From contig MU053504.1 in assembly GCA_013239625.1 (NCBI GenBank), positions 2,364,607 to 2,428,606 on the forward strand: a stretch of DNA of 64,000 nucleotides, read 5' to 3'. This stretch comes from Lama guanicoe. Lineage: Eukaryota. The notes under the pieces were generated by a model that made no database searches, was not told the origin of the DNA, and worked only from the letters and a program-made list of their open reading frames with translations. The translations under genes and the position numbers were made by a program. Positions 1 to 12,600 of the stretch are shown here, one piece after another (the first letter of the stretch is position 1; each line of letters opens with the position of its first letter).

Positions 1-900
1 CAGATTTAGCAGACACCATGTTGAAGCCATGGGGCTAGAGAGAGAGTGTAAGCAAGGGGAGGCAGCCCGTTCCAAGACTGGAGCACTCCAGCACTCAGGA
101 GGCACATCCACTGAGGTAGGAGGAAAACCCACTCGGGGAGGGCGGGGCCCCAAAGAAGCCAAGAGCCGAAAGCCTTCCCAGAAGGAGGCAGCTGTCAGCA
201 GTTTTGAATGTTTCTGAGAGATTGAACGAGTGAGTGAGGGCCACTGGATTTGGGAACCAGGAAGTTTTGGGGGGTTTTAGCAGAGTGTGAAGGAAGGTAG
301 ACTAAAGTAGGTTGCGAAGGGAGGAAGTGGTGATGGGACCTGTCCCTAGTACTTTGAAGCAGTTTTGCTTTGAATATCAAGTGAGGAATGGTGGTAGCTG
401 GAGGCAGACACAGAGGTCTAGGGAAGCCCCCCTTTCCACTTTGTTTAAAGATGAGAATTGCTGAAAGATACTTGTATGCTTGTGGGAATGGTCCACTAGT
501 CCCACAAGAGAGAAAGTGAGGGAAGAAATAGGAGAGGAGGGAGAACTGAAGGAGGAGGGACACAAGTGATAGAAGTGGGATCTTCTCCATCTCTGAGGAG
601 TATGGGGAGAGAGAGCGGGTCCTAAGTGGAGGTGGGTCTGAAGATTTGGAAGGAGGATGGCGTCTGCTTCCTCAGTGAAGAGTGAAGCAATGAAGAGAAT
701 GGTGCCTGTGTCCTCAACAGCTGGGCTGGGCACACAAGGGGGTGTTGGAGGTTTGAGAACAGAGGAGAAGGAATGAACAAGTCCCAGCAGAGAGTGGGAG
801 AGGCAGCACCCACGGGAAGAGTGGTGTGCTGGGAAGGCAATGCTGAGAGCCCCGTGGCCCTGGATAGAAAGGGAGGCCAGTGACTAGGCTGAGTGACTTT
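1..900 (-). mobile_element. Degraded LINE-2 fragments
   Basis: Purine-rich + strand with GGCCACTGGATTTGG and GAAGCAGTTTTGCTTTGAA...GGTGGTAGCTGGAGG, typical of antisense L2. Confidence 0.5.
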
Positions 901-964
901 CTCCGGCAGTACTCACTATCCAGGTTCTCTGGGGTTTGTGCAGAGTGCAGGCAGCTCTAACTCA

Positions 965-1150
965 ATCAGTTATTCTCACAGTGGGCTTCATCGACCAACA
1001 GGATGAGACTCACCTGGGAACCTGTTAAAAATGCAAATGATTGGACACCACCCCAAACCTACTGAATCAGAAACTCTGGGGTGGGGCCCAGCCATCTGTG
1101 TTTTTTGCAAGCTCTCCAGATGGTTCCAAAAGCTTGAGAAGATCTGAACT
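965..1150. mobile_element. MER5A-like hAT DNA transposon
   Basis: TTAAAAATGCAAATGATTGG...CCTACTGAATCAGAAACTCTGGGGTGGGGCCCAGCCATCTGTGTTTT; similar copies at ~21990-22140 and ~44515-44680. Confidence 0.75.
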
Positions 1151-4069
1151 AGAGTGAAGGAACTTGAGGGCACTGGGGATGACCTGCAACTTGAAGCTGA
1201 GAATGGCTACCATCTTCCAGGGCAGAAGTCCTCATGCTATGAGCTCTGGTGTATCTTCTCTCTTAACTAGTGACAGATCTAGAAGCAAACCCTGGGTATT
1301 GCCAAGGACAAAATGCTGTTAAGAGGGGCTCTGACCGTTCTAATGAAAGATTGTTTCACAAGGTAAACACATCTTTCAAATGTACTTTTTATTTTTCTGA
1401 ATCTGCATTTGAATGGGTTTTGTGTAATTGGATTTTTGCTCCTGCCACAGTGTTTTGAAAGGATCCTGGACTCTCCTTTCTCTCCCCAGGGCATGTCTTC
1501 CAGGCTTGTCACAGGGACCTTCTTGAGCCCTTCTCTCTCCTTCCACATGGCTCGTTCCAGTTTTCAAGTCTGTGGGGAAACAACAATGAACCGGACACTC
1601 TCCTACGTGTGAGAGCTGAAATAAAGACCAGGATGAGTCAGCCTCTGCCAACCTCCAGGATCTCCCGGTCCTCCCAGTGACTCAGAGGATGGTCTGTTTA
1701 ATGGGTAAGTGCTCCTCCCAGGAAGCTGGCAGCCCCAGCCTCCCCCTACCTGAGTCACCAGGCCTGGGTGCTCCTATCAAGACATAGTTATCTCCAGGAC
1801 CAGGGGAGGCAAGCCAAGAAAGATCAGGGATAAATGGACCAGGAAATAGGATGGGAATTGAAAGGCTAAGATATGGGAGGCTAAATTTGTTCCTCATTTG
1901 CCTGTGGCCTTGAGTGGACCAACAAAGAGCTCCTATTTGAAAATGGGAGAAATTGAGAATCCTCCAATGTTGGTAGCCCCAGTAGTGGCCCAAAAAGGAG
2001 AGAAGAGCCTTTCGAGAGTATATCTGACTGGAGGCAGAGAGACTTTGGAACTTCTTGTGCAAAAGGAAGGGAGCCCTGGAGATGGTTTATCCTTGAGGAT
2101 TTCTCCGACAGGCTAGAGCCTGAGCAGGGCCTGCAGGAGGGTAGGGGGGCCTCCATGAGAGGAGGGGCAGGAGGTCACAAGTAGCGGGGAGGGGTCTGGC
2201 CCAAGGCAGGGGAACTTGGTGAGTCGGGGCCCCGAGCAGCTGGCGGAAATGCAGCAGCCCAAGACCCTGGATTCGATAGTGCCTGCATGGGTGGCTCTGG
2301 TTTTCTTCTCTGTCTCCTTCACTCCCTCTCTCTGTCCATCTTTGTTTTTCTCTAGTCACCTCCTCCCCTCTGTCCTACAATACAGGGAGTAGCGAAGGCT
2401 CCCCTCCCCGTGGTTTGAGTGTTTTCCTCCCTGTTTAGATGGTGACTGGCATCTGCTTATGGAGGCAGCAATCAACCCATCCTGTTTACTAGTCCCTGAC
2501 ACAGTAGGTTGTGGTCAGCAAGGCTGTCTGCCACAGCTCCCCCAGGGTGAGGTGGGGGCCAGGATGCTGACACACACAGGGACACTCACTCAGCCGCCTC
2601 CAGGTCAGTCTGCCCCACTGGAGTAAGGAGGTCCTAGACTGTCCTGCTCTGATGTCTGGGATGTTGTGGGACAGTCAGCTGGGCCGAGGTCACCTCCTCT
2701 GCTGCTGACATCGATGGCCCAGCATGCTTGGCACAGACTCAGGGCTCAGGAAAGCTCTTCTGACTGAAGCTGAATGCACAGGGCACAGTTCCTCGGAGGG
2801 CTGGGGAGGTCTCAGAAGCAAGAAGGGTGGCCCCGAAGGGGGATAATGGTAGCAGGCATCTTGCTCAGAGCTTCCATTTCTACATGAGGGAGTTAGGACC
2901 AGAGAAGGCAAAAACCTTGGAGAATGGGTCAGCCTTAACCATGCCCCCCTCTCAGCTCTCCTTCTCCCAGACTAGTTCACATGATTTGAGACATACATCT
3001 GAGTTGGTTTTTCTTGGTTTCTCCAGATCCTGTGCAGTGGCTACTATTCAGTGTTAGGCTGGAGATGGACAAGGTTTCCAGGGGTTCGTGGTGTGAGTGG
3101 GGAGGCGGAGGGGTATGGCTAGACGTGTGGGGGATGGATGGTGGTGGACATGCAGAAGAACCAAAGCCAAGAGGATGATGCGATTTTCCAGGCATTTACC
3201 TAGGACCCGACTTCTAAGCTCTGGGCACAAGTAGACAAAGATGCTCAAAGGAAAAAGCAAGGAACAAATAAAACCCACGTAAGCCAAGAGTTTAGGTGGA
3301 TGCCCTTCAATTCTTTGAGGGGTATTTTGGAATTCCTGGGGTCATTTGGAGTTTGCCAGGGTCTGCCTCTGGGCCTGAGTGCACACCAGCTGTTGACGGC
3401 GAAGTACCAGCTAGACCTGGGTTCGGGCGCTCCACTCTGTCACTCACTCCTCTGCCACTGGGGCCCAGGCTTCCACCAGGAAATGATTCATTATCTGAAA
3501 TTCAGATTGAGCTGGGTATCCTATATTTTTATTTGCTAAATCTGGCAACCCTTCTAAGCCCTCCAAAAGTCAGCCCCCATCTCTAACCTGAGTAGCAGAC
3601 CCTGAATTACTTTGAAGACTGGGATTTTATCTTAAAAACTCACGTGAAGTTTATCTCTGTATTTCTATCTTGCTTTGATATAAAACAGGTAGAAAGCAAA
3701 CATTTTCCAGTTATTTACACCCAATTGTGAACTAGTTATGACCTGTTCATCTCGATGGTTAACCTTCCAGGTGGACAGAAGGAGGCCCCTGGGCTGCACG
3801 TGGTGCCCTGGGGGTGTTTGCACTGGGCACCAGTGCACAAGGAAGAGCGGGACAGTAAGACTTCCACAAGGTCACATTTGTTCATTTTAAAGGACTTCAT
3901 TTTTGTCTTCCTATTTTGCCTTTTTGATAGGTGTTTAATTTTCTCTTCTTTCACAAAATGGGAATCATTTTAGTTAAGAAAATTTAGATTCCCTTAATTG
4001 GCAAAATAAAGGGTATCCCTTTAGAACTTTATGAACTCCCATCCCTTCTAGAACTTTATGAACTGCCCC

Positions 4070-4445
4070 ATGGAAGAGATTGCTGGCTGTTCACCAAGAA
4101 TCACGCTCCTACCTTTTCTGGGCTCCCAGCTAGAACACATCTCCCAGCCTCCCCAGTAGTTAGGCTTGACTGTGTGACTCATTTTGGCCAATGGTATGTG
4201 AGCAGAAGTCATGACATTTTTCAAGCTAAGGCACTTGGCTTTGTGCAGATGATTACAAGCGTCTAACTGTTGCTGGAGGCACAAATTGGAATGAGCCTAG
4301 ATTCCTGAATCACTATGTGGAGGAAGGTCATCGTGAAATGGGAACATTTCTTTATCATGTGGGTAAGATATGAATTTCTATTATGTTCAAACCATTGTAT
4401 TATTGGGTCTCTTTTACAGCAGTCAACATTACTGTTACTAATACA
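4070..4445 (+). mobile_element. MaLR LTR (MLT1J-like)
   Basis: CACATCTCCCAGCCTCCCCAGTAGTTAGG...TGTGTGACTCATTTTGGCCAATGGTATGTGAGCAGAAGTCATG...TTACTAATACA. Confidence 0.65.
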
Positions 4446-4736
4446 TTTCTTAAAGCCCTTCTTCAAGGGCTCTGTTCTCTGTGATAGGATGTGGAAGTGC
4501 TTTGTAAACTGTGAAGTGCTCCACACACGTGAAGTCTGACTGTGAGTAATGCTTTACTAATGCTTCAACACAAAACGGAGTCTAAGTCAGCTGTACTGAT
4601 ATGACTGATGCTAATAATGACTGACATCTAGAGGAGGCCTGAGGCTTTAGATATCAGTTTTCACATCCTTCAGTCTTAAATTTTTGCCACAGCCCTGAGA
4701 GACAGGCTTTTAACATTACCCCCATTCTAAGGATAA

Positions 4737-4950
4737 CAATTAACAGATACACACTACTGTATATAAAATAGATAAACAACAAGGACCTACTGTGTAGCAC
4801 GGGGAACTATAGTCAGTATCCTATGATAACCTATAATGGAAAAGAAATTTTCCCTATCGGAAGAAGAATTTATATATATAACTGAATCACTTTGCTGTAC
4901 ACCTGAAACTAATGCAGCATTGTAAATCAACTATACATCAATTAAAAAAT
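4737..4950 (+). mobile_element. LINE-1 3' end fragment
   Basis: ...ATAAACAACAAGGACCTACTGTGTAGCACGGGGAACTATAGTCAGTATCC...GAATCACTTTGCTGTACACCTGAAACTAA...AAATCAACTATAC...AATTAAAAAA, a typical laurasiatherian L1 3' UTR terminus. Confidence 0.8.
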
Positions 4951-5319
4951 GATGGATTATAAAAGGGAGTTCAAAGACTTGCTCAAGGCCTCACAGCTGT
5001 TCAGGTGCCTGAGCCTGACCTTCTTCCCCTTGTTTTTCTTGGAGAAAACAATGAGGAGCTGTCTTAGCTCCAGTCCACTTTGCACCAGTCAGGCTCCAAA
5101 TCCTCCCCTGAGGGGATAGGAAAACAGGTTATACCCAAGGCTGATGCTGGTGGCTTGATTTGTAAGGAATGTTTAAAGTTCCAGGCCCTAGTTTAAACTG
5201 TCTAGCTCAGGAATCTGTTCTTGAATGTATGAGAGAGGTATTTCTTGGGGCTTCTGTTTTGTGGTAGATTATCTGCAAAGATGGCTGCCAAGGATTCCTT
5301 CTAGTCCTGTATGCACATT

Positions 5320-5812
5320 TGTTATGGGTTGAATTTATGTCCCTCCCGATAGATATCTTGGATATGCTGGAGATATATTGGAGTCCTAGCCCACAGTACC
5401 TTCTTAAAATGTGACCCTATTTGGAGACAGGGTCTTTACAGAGGTAATCAAGTTAAAATAAAGTCAGCAGGGTGGGCCCTAATCCATTGGTGTCTTTATA
5501 AGGGAGAATTTGGGCACAGAGATAGGGACATACACACAGGGAGAACTCATGTGAAGGTAAAAGGATGAAGGCAGAGATTGGAGTGATGCATCAAGGAACA
5601 CTAAAGGTTGCCAGCAAACTATCAAAGCCAGCAGAGAAAAATAGAACAGATTTTCTTTCCCTTGCAGAAGGAACCAACCCCGCTGACACCTTGATCTCAA
5701 ATTTCTGAGATCATAGTTCAGACCTCCAGAACCATGAGAAAATACATTTTTGTTGATTAAGCCACCCAGTTCGTGGGACTCTGTTGCAGCAGCCCTAGCA
5801 AACTAATATAAC
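5320..5812 (+). mobile_element. MaLR solo LTR (MLT1B/C-like) nested in an older MLT1 (5260-6220)
   Basis: TGTTATGGGTTGAAT...GGGTCTTTACAGAGGTAATCAAGTTAAAAT...AAGCCACCCAGTT...GCAGCCCTAGCAAACTAATA; the flanks resemble two halves of another MLT1. Confidence 0.75.
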
Positions 5813-8539
5813 ACCCCATTCCTCCTGTCAAGAGGTAGCAGTCAGTTTATCCTACCTTTGAATCTGAGCTTGCTTTGTGACTTTTTTTAACCAATAGAAT
5901 GTGGCAGAAATAATGAATTGGCAATTCTGGGCCTACGTCTTAAGATGCCTAGCAGCTTCCATTTTCACCCTCTGGGAAGCCAGGCTCCCATGTTGTTAGG
6001 ATATCCTGCTGGAGAAGTCACATGGAGAGAGGAGACATTTGGATTGTTTCAGCTCCCGACAAGTTTCCAGCTGAGGTCCCTAGTCAACATCGAATGCAAC
6101 AGAAAAACTATTTAGCTGAGCCCAGTGAACCCAAAGAATTGTAAGAAAGAAATCACTGTTGTTTTAAGTCACTAATTTTAGGGGGGTGGTTTGTTATGCA
6201 GCAGTAGACAATTGAACTGTGCACCTTCATTTTTTTGGCAGGTGCTCCAGCACATCTGCCATTGTTACTCCTAAAGCCAGATGCCTTCAGTACCATTCTC
6301 CTCTTGAATGGATTCTGGGTGATGCCTGTCTCTGGACATTGCTCACTTCCACATGAACATCTGCAGTAGTGTATATGGTTGGCAGGAGCTGGATAATGCC
6401 AGGAGATTGAGAAAGAGTGTTTCTGGCTTTGAAGTAGAAGGTGCAGGATTTGTGAGATGGAAAGTTTCCCAAACATAGACATATGTTCAAAAGTTACCTC
6501 TGAAACGTAATGAAGGTCTTCAACAACAGCCAATGTTTTTTTGTGAACCTACCACGTGCCTGGTACACAGTTCTGGGTTTATTCACCTTCTAACGATAAA
6601 CAGTGCCCTGGCATCACCCTTCTTCACTCTCCATCCCTATGGTTTAGATGGGATCAACTCCAGAGTTGGGCTTGTGCTGCAGGCTTTAACAATGATATGC
6701 GACCCAGTCAGAGCCAATTTGATGTAACGTTGGCTTTTTGCTGGGAAAGCTGACAGAATTGAGGACTTGGGCTGAGAAGATGGAGCCTAGAGCTGCTTGT
6801 AGCCATCTTGCCACTGCAAAGAACAGAGATGAGAGATGACGAGAGGAAGACCAAATCTTGATGATATTTTTTAAGTTTCTTGGTACCAGGTCAGTCATAC
6901 CATTGGAGTCTTCTGTTACATCAGCATGTACATTTCCTATTTGCTTACACCAAGTCAATTAAAGTGGTTTTCCATCTTTTGTAATCTGTTAAATCCATCT
7001 CAATCTTGTTTAAAACAGGTCTTTGGAGCAGGGACGATTTTACAGATGAGGAAACTGAAACAGAGGCATTAATTGACTTCCTCAAGGCCACATGGAGCCA
7101 GAATTCAAACCCAAGAAAGCGAATCCTGAGAACCCACTCATATACATTTTGCTCTCCTTGGTGACAGGGAGGGATTCACAGAGAAGGGTGTGACATTTAA
7201 CCTGACATTTAACTCCAAGGGGGCACAGGGGTTTGTCAGGAAAGAGAAGAAAGGCTTCTAAGTGGAGGGACTAGCTTGGGCAATGACAAAATCTTCGAAG
7301 AAATCTCACCTGAAATTCCCCTTGTTCCTGCCCTGCAGACTCTACTCAGATGGGTCCCTCTTTCAGGAGACCATCAAACTCCATTTCCACAGGAACACTT
7401 CTGCCCTCCTGGTCTCTGGACCCATGTGGACCTATGCTCTGCACTGGGGCCTGGTAGGTCCCTTGTGGGGTCTAGGTTAGGTGGGGCACCCTCCCCAGCT
7501 CAAAAGGCAGTTCAGGCAATGGCCCAGCTTCCACGGAAGGCTTGCGCTCCTTGGTCTGGGTCTCTGTCAGCCCCAAGAGGCCCTGGAGATGCTCACAGGG
7601 TTAATGAGAATGAAATTGTCAGAGACCACCCACCCACCCATCCACCCTGCCACCCACCGCTTGAGGTAGGACAATGAAAAACTACCAGAGAGCAGAATCT
7701 CAAATAGAAAACGAATAAACCAATAACTTCCAAATCTTTGATTTTTTTTTAAGGAAAAAAAGTCACTTTCATGCTAACAGTTGCTTGGGTTTTTATTAAT
7801 TGAGGATGAAGCAGTGGGTACCAGTGATGGATATTTTCTTACAGAGGTCACCTCTGCTCAAGGCCATGCGCTGTGAAAGGACAGGCTCCAGCGATCTGAA
7901 TACCCCCAGGTCCCCGTCGTCCTTGGCAGTTGAAGCTTCGCGATTGATGCGCGGAGGTCTGGGAGAGGGTGGTGGTGGCGGCGGCGGGGTGTGGCAGGGT
8001 GTTTCGGAGAGAATGAGATTGGAGATGGCTCTGCGGGACGAGCCCTCTGACCCAACTGAGGTCCAGTGGAGGGTCTCCGGCAGTGAAGGGAGCTCCGGGA
8101 GGAGAGAGGGGCGGCCCTTCTTTTCGACAGAAGAGTTCTGAGCGCTGCAGGTAAACTGAGCCAAGCGTCCTAGCTCTGCTTGTCGCCTGGCAGGCAGCTT
8201 CGGCTCTAGGGAGGGCAGGGCAGGGTTGGGCTGGGGGGGGGAGCTACTTTTCTTTTGGGGACAGGTGGGGACGTTTGGAGCCCAGCTTGAGGAGGGGTTG
8301 TGGGGCCCAGGTAGGGAGCGCTGGGCCCGGGTTCGGAGGCGGGGACACCGAGGTTCTCCGCCAGGGCGGCCTGCAGCCTCTCGCCCCCGGCGGAACGGGC
8401 TCGGGGAGGAGCTCGGCGCGTCCCCGCCAGGAAGGGGCTCGGGGAGGAGCTCGGCGCGTCCCCGCCCCGAGGCGGAGCGGGGGCCGGGCCTGAGCGGACT
8501 GGGCGGGGTGGGCCGGGGACGCGAGGCGGAGCGGGGCCC

Positions 8540-8686
8540 CACACAGGCCGCGGCGGCTGGCTCCGGCCCCTACGGTCCCGGCGGCGGCTGGAGGAGGAAG
8601 CCAGGCGGCGGAGAAGGGGAGACGGTGGAGGCCGAGGCTGGAGCGCCGCTCGCCGCAAACTCACTTCCCCGGCTCAGCAGGGAAAG
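8540..8686 (+). other. SMOX: SMOX exon 1 (non-coding 5' UTR exon; TSS approximate)
   Basis: Ends ...CTTCCCCGGCTCAGCAGGGAAAG|GTACCG (donor at 8687), matching the mammalian SMOX 5' leader as I recall it. Contains no ATG. The 5' end is an estimate. Confidence 0.8.
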
Positions 8687-8773
8687 GTACCGCGCGCCCG
8701 CTCCCCGACCCCCGGCCCCTGGCCCCATCTCGGGCTCCGGCTGCGGCTGCGGCTTCGGCTGCGGCTGCGGCGG

Positions 8774-8797
8774 CCGCCGCCGCCGCCGCCGCCGCCG
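8774..8797 (+). repeat. (CCG)8 preceded by CGGCTN hexamer repeats
   Basis: Counted directly from the sequence. Confidence 0.9.
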
Positions 8798-9870
8798 GGG
8801 GAGGGTGAGGGGCCGGGAGCGGCCCCGAGGGCTCGGCCGGCCCGGGGCTCCGGCAGCCCGCGCGGCGGGAATGCTAGGGCGGGAGGTGGGCGCCGCGCCC
8901 CCTCGCTCGCCTCACGGGAGGTGGCGGTCGGCCGGGTGGCGGTGGTCCCGGCGCGGGGGCGGCGCGGGGGGTGAAGGGCAGGCGGGACCGGGGGCTGCTT
9001 GCGGCAGGCGAGCGCCGGGGCGCCCGGCGGGCGCGCTCGGTGGGCGCAGACAAAGCCGGGCGCCGACGCCCCGCGACGACTCGGGCGGCCCAGAGGATGG
9101 GCACTGGGGAGAGCAGAGAAGCGCCGGGGCGCCGGCCGGGACGCCGGGAGAGGCTGGGCCGCCCTCCTAGAGGGCGTCCAGGTTGTCTCCTCGGGGGCTG
9201 GGGTCCCTGGGCAAGGTGGGGAGCAGCTCTCTCTGAAGGGCCAACTAGGGGCTCGCGGGCTGCGCTGGGTTTGGGAGAGCCAGGCTCGGAAAGGGGTAGG
9301 GAATGTGGAGTGCTCACTTTGGAGGTGGGGCTCAGAGAAGCCACTGACCTGGGGTGGGGGCAGGGGCGGGGGCTGGCGCTCTGGTAGAGCGGGTGCGGGG
9401 CCTGGGGACCCCCTCGGAGCTTGCACCGGGAAGGGGCATAGCCTGATGAGATAAGCGCCGTAGCTGGCACCTGTGGCGAGATGTGCCCACAGGTTGGTTG
9501 CAGAACCTGCCAGTGGTAGCACATTCCGTGTCAGTCCGGGGAGGGGTGGCGGTAACTTGTCCATGTTCAGAGCAAGCAGCAAAAGGGCGGGTGTCTGGGG
9601 GTCATTGGAATAGGCGGAATGGAGGGGTGTGTAAGCGTATATCTGGAAGTGTGTGTAGTGAAGGCCCCCCATCTGCATTTTGTATCTTTGCCATAGGGAG
9701 AAAGAAGCATCCCTGGGCTGCCAGAGGCTCGTGTCTCCACTAGGGTTCCGAAGTGGGCTGCCCCTGTCCCGGGGTCTTCAGTTACTCCCCTCCTCTCCAG
9801 TGTTGAAAGGGGCTGCTTTCCACCTGGATCCTTCACAACAGTGGAAGAACATACTTTGGCACCCCCCGCT

Positions 9871-9895
9871 ACACACACACACACACACACACACA
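9871..9895 (+). repeat. (AC)n microsatellite
   Basis: About 12 perfect units; others at 46057-46095 (TG), 46886-46931 compound (CA)(TC)(CA), 51210-51236 (TTCA) and 59583-59608 (TGGA). Confidence 0.9.
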
Positions 9896-9899
9896 TTTT

Positions 9900-11440
9900 T
9901 GGCCTCCTGTTTTGCCTTCATCCCTCCTTCTCTCCCAGTTACAGATCCACTTCTCTTCACAGCAAAACTTCTCCAGAGAGCTGTCTGTACCTGTGGTCCC
10001 TGTGGTTCTTCAGCCCATTTGACCTGGCTTTGGTCCCACCACTTCACTGAAACCGCCCCAGTAAAGGTCTCCAGTGATTTACACACCCCCACAAGCACGT
10101 CTTCCTTGACCTCTCTTGGTCTTGATCATCCTCTCCAACATCCTCTCTTGGCTTCTCCTGGTTTTCTTCCTTACCCACCCCTCCCCCTTCCCCTCAAAGT
10201 GCTTTCTTAGTCATCTTTAAGGACAACTCCTTCACTCAACTCTAAATGTTGGAGGATCCCTGGGCTCTGTCCTCAGCCCCCTCCTCTACCCTGACTCCCT
10301 TCTGTTTACATACCCCTCAAACTCTCATTTTTTCTTATAGTTTTTAAAATCAAGCATTCATTTACAAACACACAGATCTCAAATGTACATCATTTTCATT
10401 CTCATGAATTAAAGTAGCAAATTTTATCTCTGGACTCAGCCTCTCTATCCAACCACCCATCTGACGATTTATGATGTCCTGGCTATTTCATAGGTATGAA
10501 AAAATTTAATATGTATGTAACAGAACCCCGACTGCACTCCCCAAGCCTGACCCTCCACAGGCCTTCCCATCTCAGTAAAGGGCCCATTACTCACCCACCT
10601 TTAATGACAGGAAACCAGGTGGCATCCTCTCCTCCCTTTTCCTCCCTCTCCATATCTAGACAACAACAAGTCCTTTTGGTTCTTTCTGCCAGATCTATCT
10701 CAGGCCTATTCATGCTCTTGACTCCACTGCTACTGCCCTAGGCCAAGCCAGTTTTGTGTCTTGCCTGAATGCTGTAGTAACTTCTGCCTGCTTTCCCCAA
10801 GTCTGCAGTTGTCTACTGGAATCCATTTTCACAGAGCAACAAGAACAATTTAGAAACATACTGATTCATCTCATTCCTCTTAAGATCCACAGTAGCTCCC
10901 TATGGCATTTGAAATAAAATTTCAAAGGATTCCCCTGGCCTTTCAGACCCTTCATCATCTGGCCACTACTGACCGCCCTCAGCCTTATCCTGACAACTGT
11001 TCCCTTTGCATTTTTCTGACAGCCACACCTGAATCACTTCTGTTCCTTGAACACCTAAGCTTTTTCCTGCCCCATGGCCTTTGTCTGTGCTGTCTTCACT
11101 GCCTAGAATTACCCTGGAATTTGCCTGGAATTTTACCCTGTTCTAGGGTTTTCTACTGGGCTGCCTCTGCTCCTTCTTATTTTTCAGATCTCAACTTAAA
11201 TACGCCTTCCTCAGATGCCTTCCCAGTGTTGATAGAGGCTCATCCTTCCCTGTAATTTACATCATAGCAGCTGGTTTACTTTCTTCATTACGTTTCTCAC
11301 AGTTCATAACCATTTGTTGCAGTTTTCTGTTTACTGCTGACTTCTCAGGTCCTGGAACCTTGACTGAATTGCCCACTGCAGTATCTGGAGCATCTAGCTT
11401 GGTGCCTGGCATGTAGCGGATACTCAGGAAATCTGCTGGG
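9900..11440 (+). mobile_element. LINE-2 fragments
   Basis: L2-like pyrimidine-rich motifs (CTTCACTGAAACCGCCCCAGTAAAGGTCTCCAGTGA; CTCAACTCTAAATGTTGGAGG; GGTGCCTGGCATGTAG...CTCAGGAAAT). Confidence 0.65.
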
Positions 11441-12434
11441 AAGGTCAGGGCAGTGCAGGAGTCCCCTTTAAACTTCAGGTGGTCCCAAGGATTTTTATGT
11501 TCTCTCCACAAAAGGAGTTGAGCAAATCACTGCAAGAATCTGAGGGGGCCAGTGGGATGTGAGAAACGGAAGTGGCTCAAAGGTAGGCCTGTATGCCTAG
11601 TGGGAGGTTGGATGGGTCTAAGGCGTGTAGAGTTACTGTGAGCCATTGTGGGTTGGGGATAAATGATTTCCTTTGCTCTCTTTGGTGGAAATCCAGACTG
11701 GGTCAGCAGAAGGGTGTGTGCGTGCGTGTGTGTGCATGCATGTGTCTTCTAACTCAGGAGATAGTGGTGGCCTGGGCAGCCAGAGATTTATTTCACACCG
11801 CCCTCTTGGGGACTGCTGGGTGCCCAGCCCTTGGGGCAGGAAATTGAAGTGGAAGAAGCAGCTAGGGATGGGGGTCTCTCTGTAGACCCTTGTCTTTCCA
11901 CCCACAGCTCTCCTCTTGGCACAGAGGAGCCAGCTGAGAATTGAGTTGCGTGGCTAGGGCTCTCAGATGGAGGGCTGAGAGATGGGGGACCTCAGATCTG
12001 GGCCCTGGACAGGAGAACCTAGTAACATTGTGAGGTGAGCACTGGGACTGGGGGCTGGGTCTTCAGATTAGGGCTGAGCTGGCAAGCCTGGGAAAGGCTT
12101 TGAGCTGGGATAGATGGGAGCACAGAGGGGATCCTGGGTGGGGAAGTCAGGCAGAGACCAAGAGGCTGGGCCGGGGTCCTGGTACACTTACTGGGTGCTA
12201 GGGAGTATTCTAAGGACTTTGCAAATATTAACTCCTTTAATCCTCTTAGCAGCTCTATAAGGTAGATCTTAGTCCCATTTTACAGATAGGAAGACTGTGG
12301 CACAGTTGTAACAGTTCAGTAGTGACAGAGCAAGGATTTGAATCCAGGTAGCCTGGATACAGAACCCATGCTCTGAACCACTCTACTGTCACCTCTCTCA
12401 TGCCTCTCAGATATGCGTCAGTTGAAGTTTTTCT

Positions 12435-12600
12435 TTTTTTGTTGATTTTTTGGTTTTTTGGGGGTGGGGTGGGGTGGGGTGGGTGAGTAGTAATTGGGCC
12501 TATTTATTTATTTTTAGAGGAGGTACTGGGGATTGAGCCCAGGACCTCATGCATGCTAAGCATGCACTCTACCACTTCAGCTGCACCCTCCCCACTCCGC
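12435..12600 (-). mobile_element. tRNA-Ala-derived SINE (Vic-1-like)
   Basis: GGGGAGGGTGCAGCTGAAGTGGTAGAGTGCATGCTTAGCATGCATGAGGTCCTGGGCTCAATCCCCAGTACCTCC plus AAATA/C-rich/A tail; TSD GAAGTTTTTCT at 12424 and 12601. Confidence 0.85.

Larger units (their letters stand above)
7900..9480. promoter_or_regulatory. SMOX: CpG island / SMOX promoter
   Basis: Very GC- and CpG-dense stretch against a CpG-poor background. It has several GGGCGG/CCGCCC Sp1-type boxes, no obvious TATA box, and surrounds exon 1. Confidence 0.9.

Noticed and set aside
8226..9678. Long ORFs on both strands (314, 334, 216 aa) over the SMOX promoter
   Set aside because: Low-complexity Gly/Arg/Pro/Ala sequences expected from stop-codon scarcity in a CpG island; no recognisable domain.
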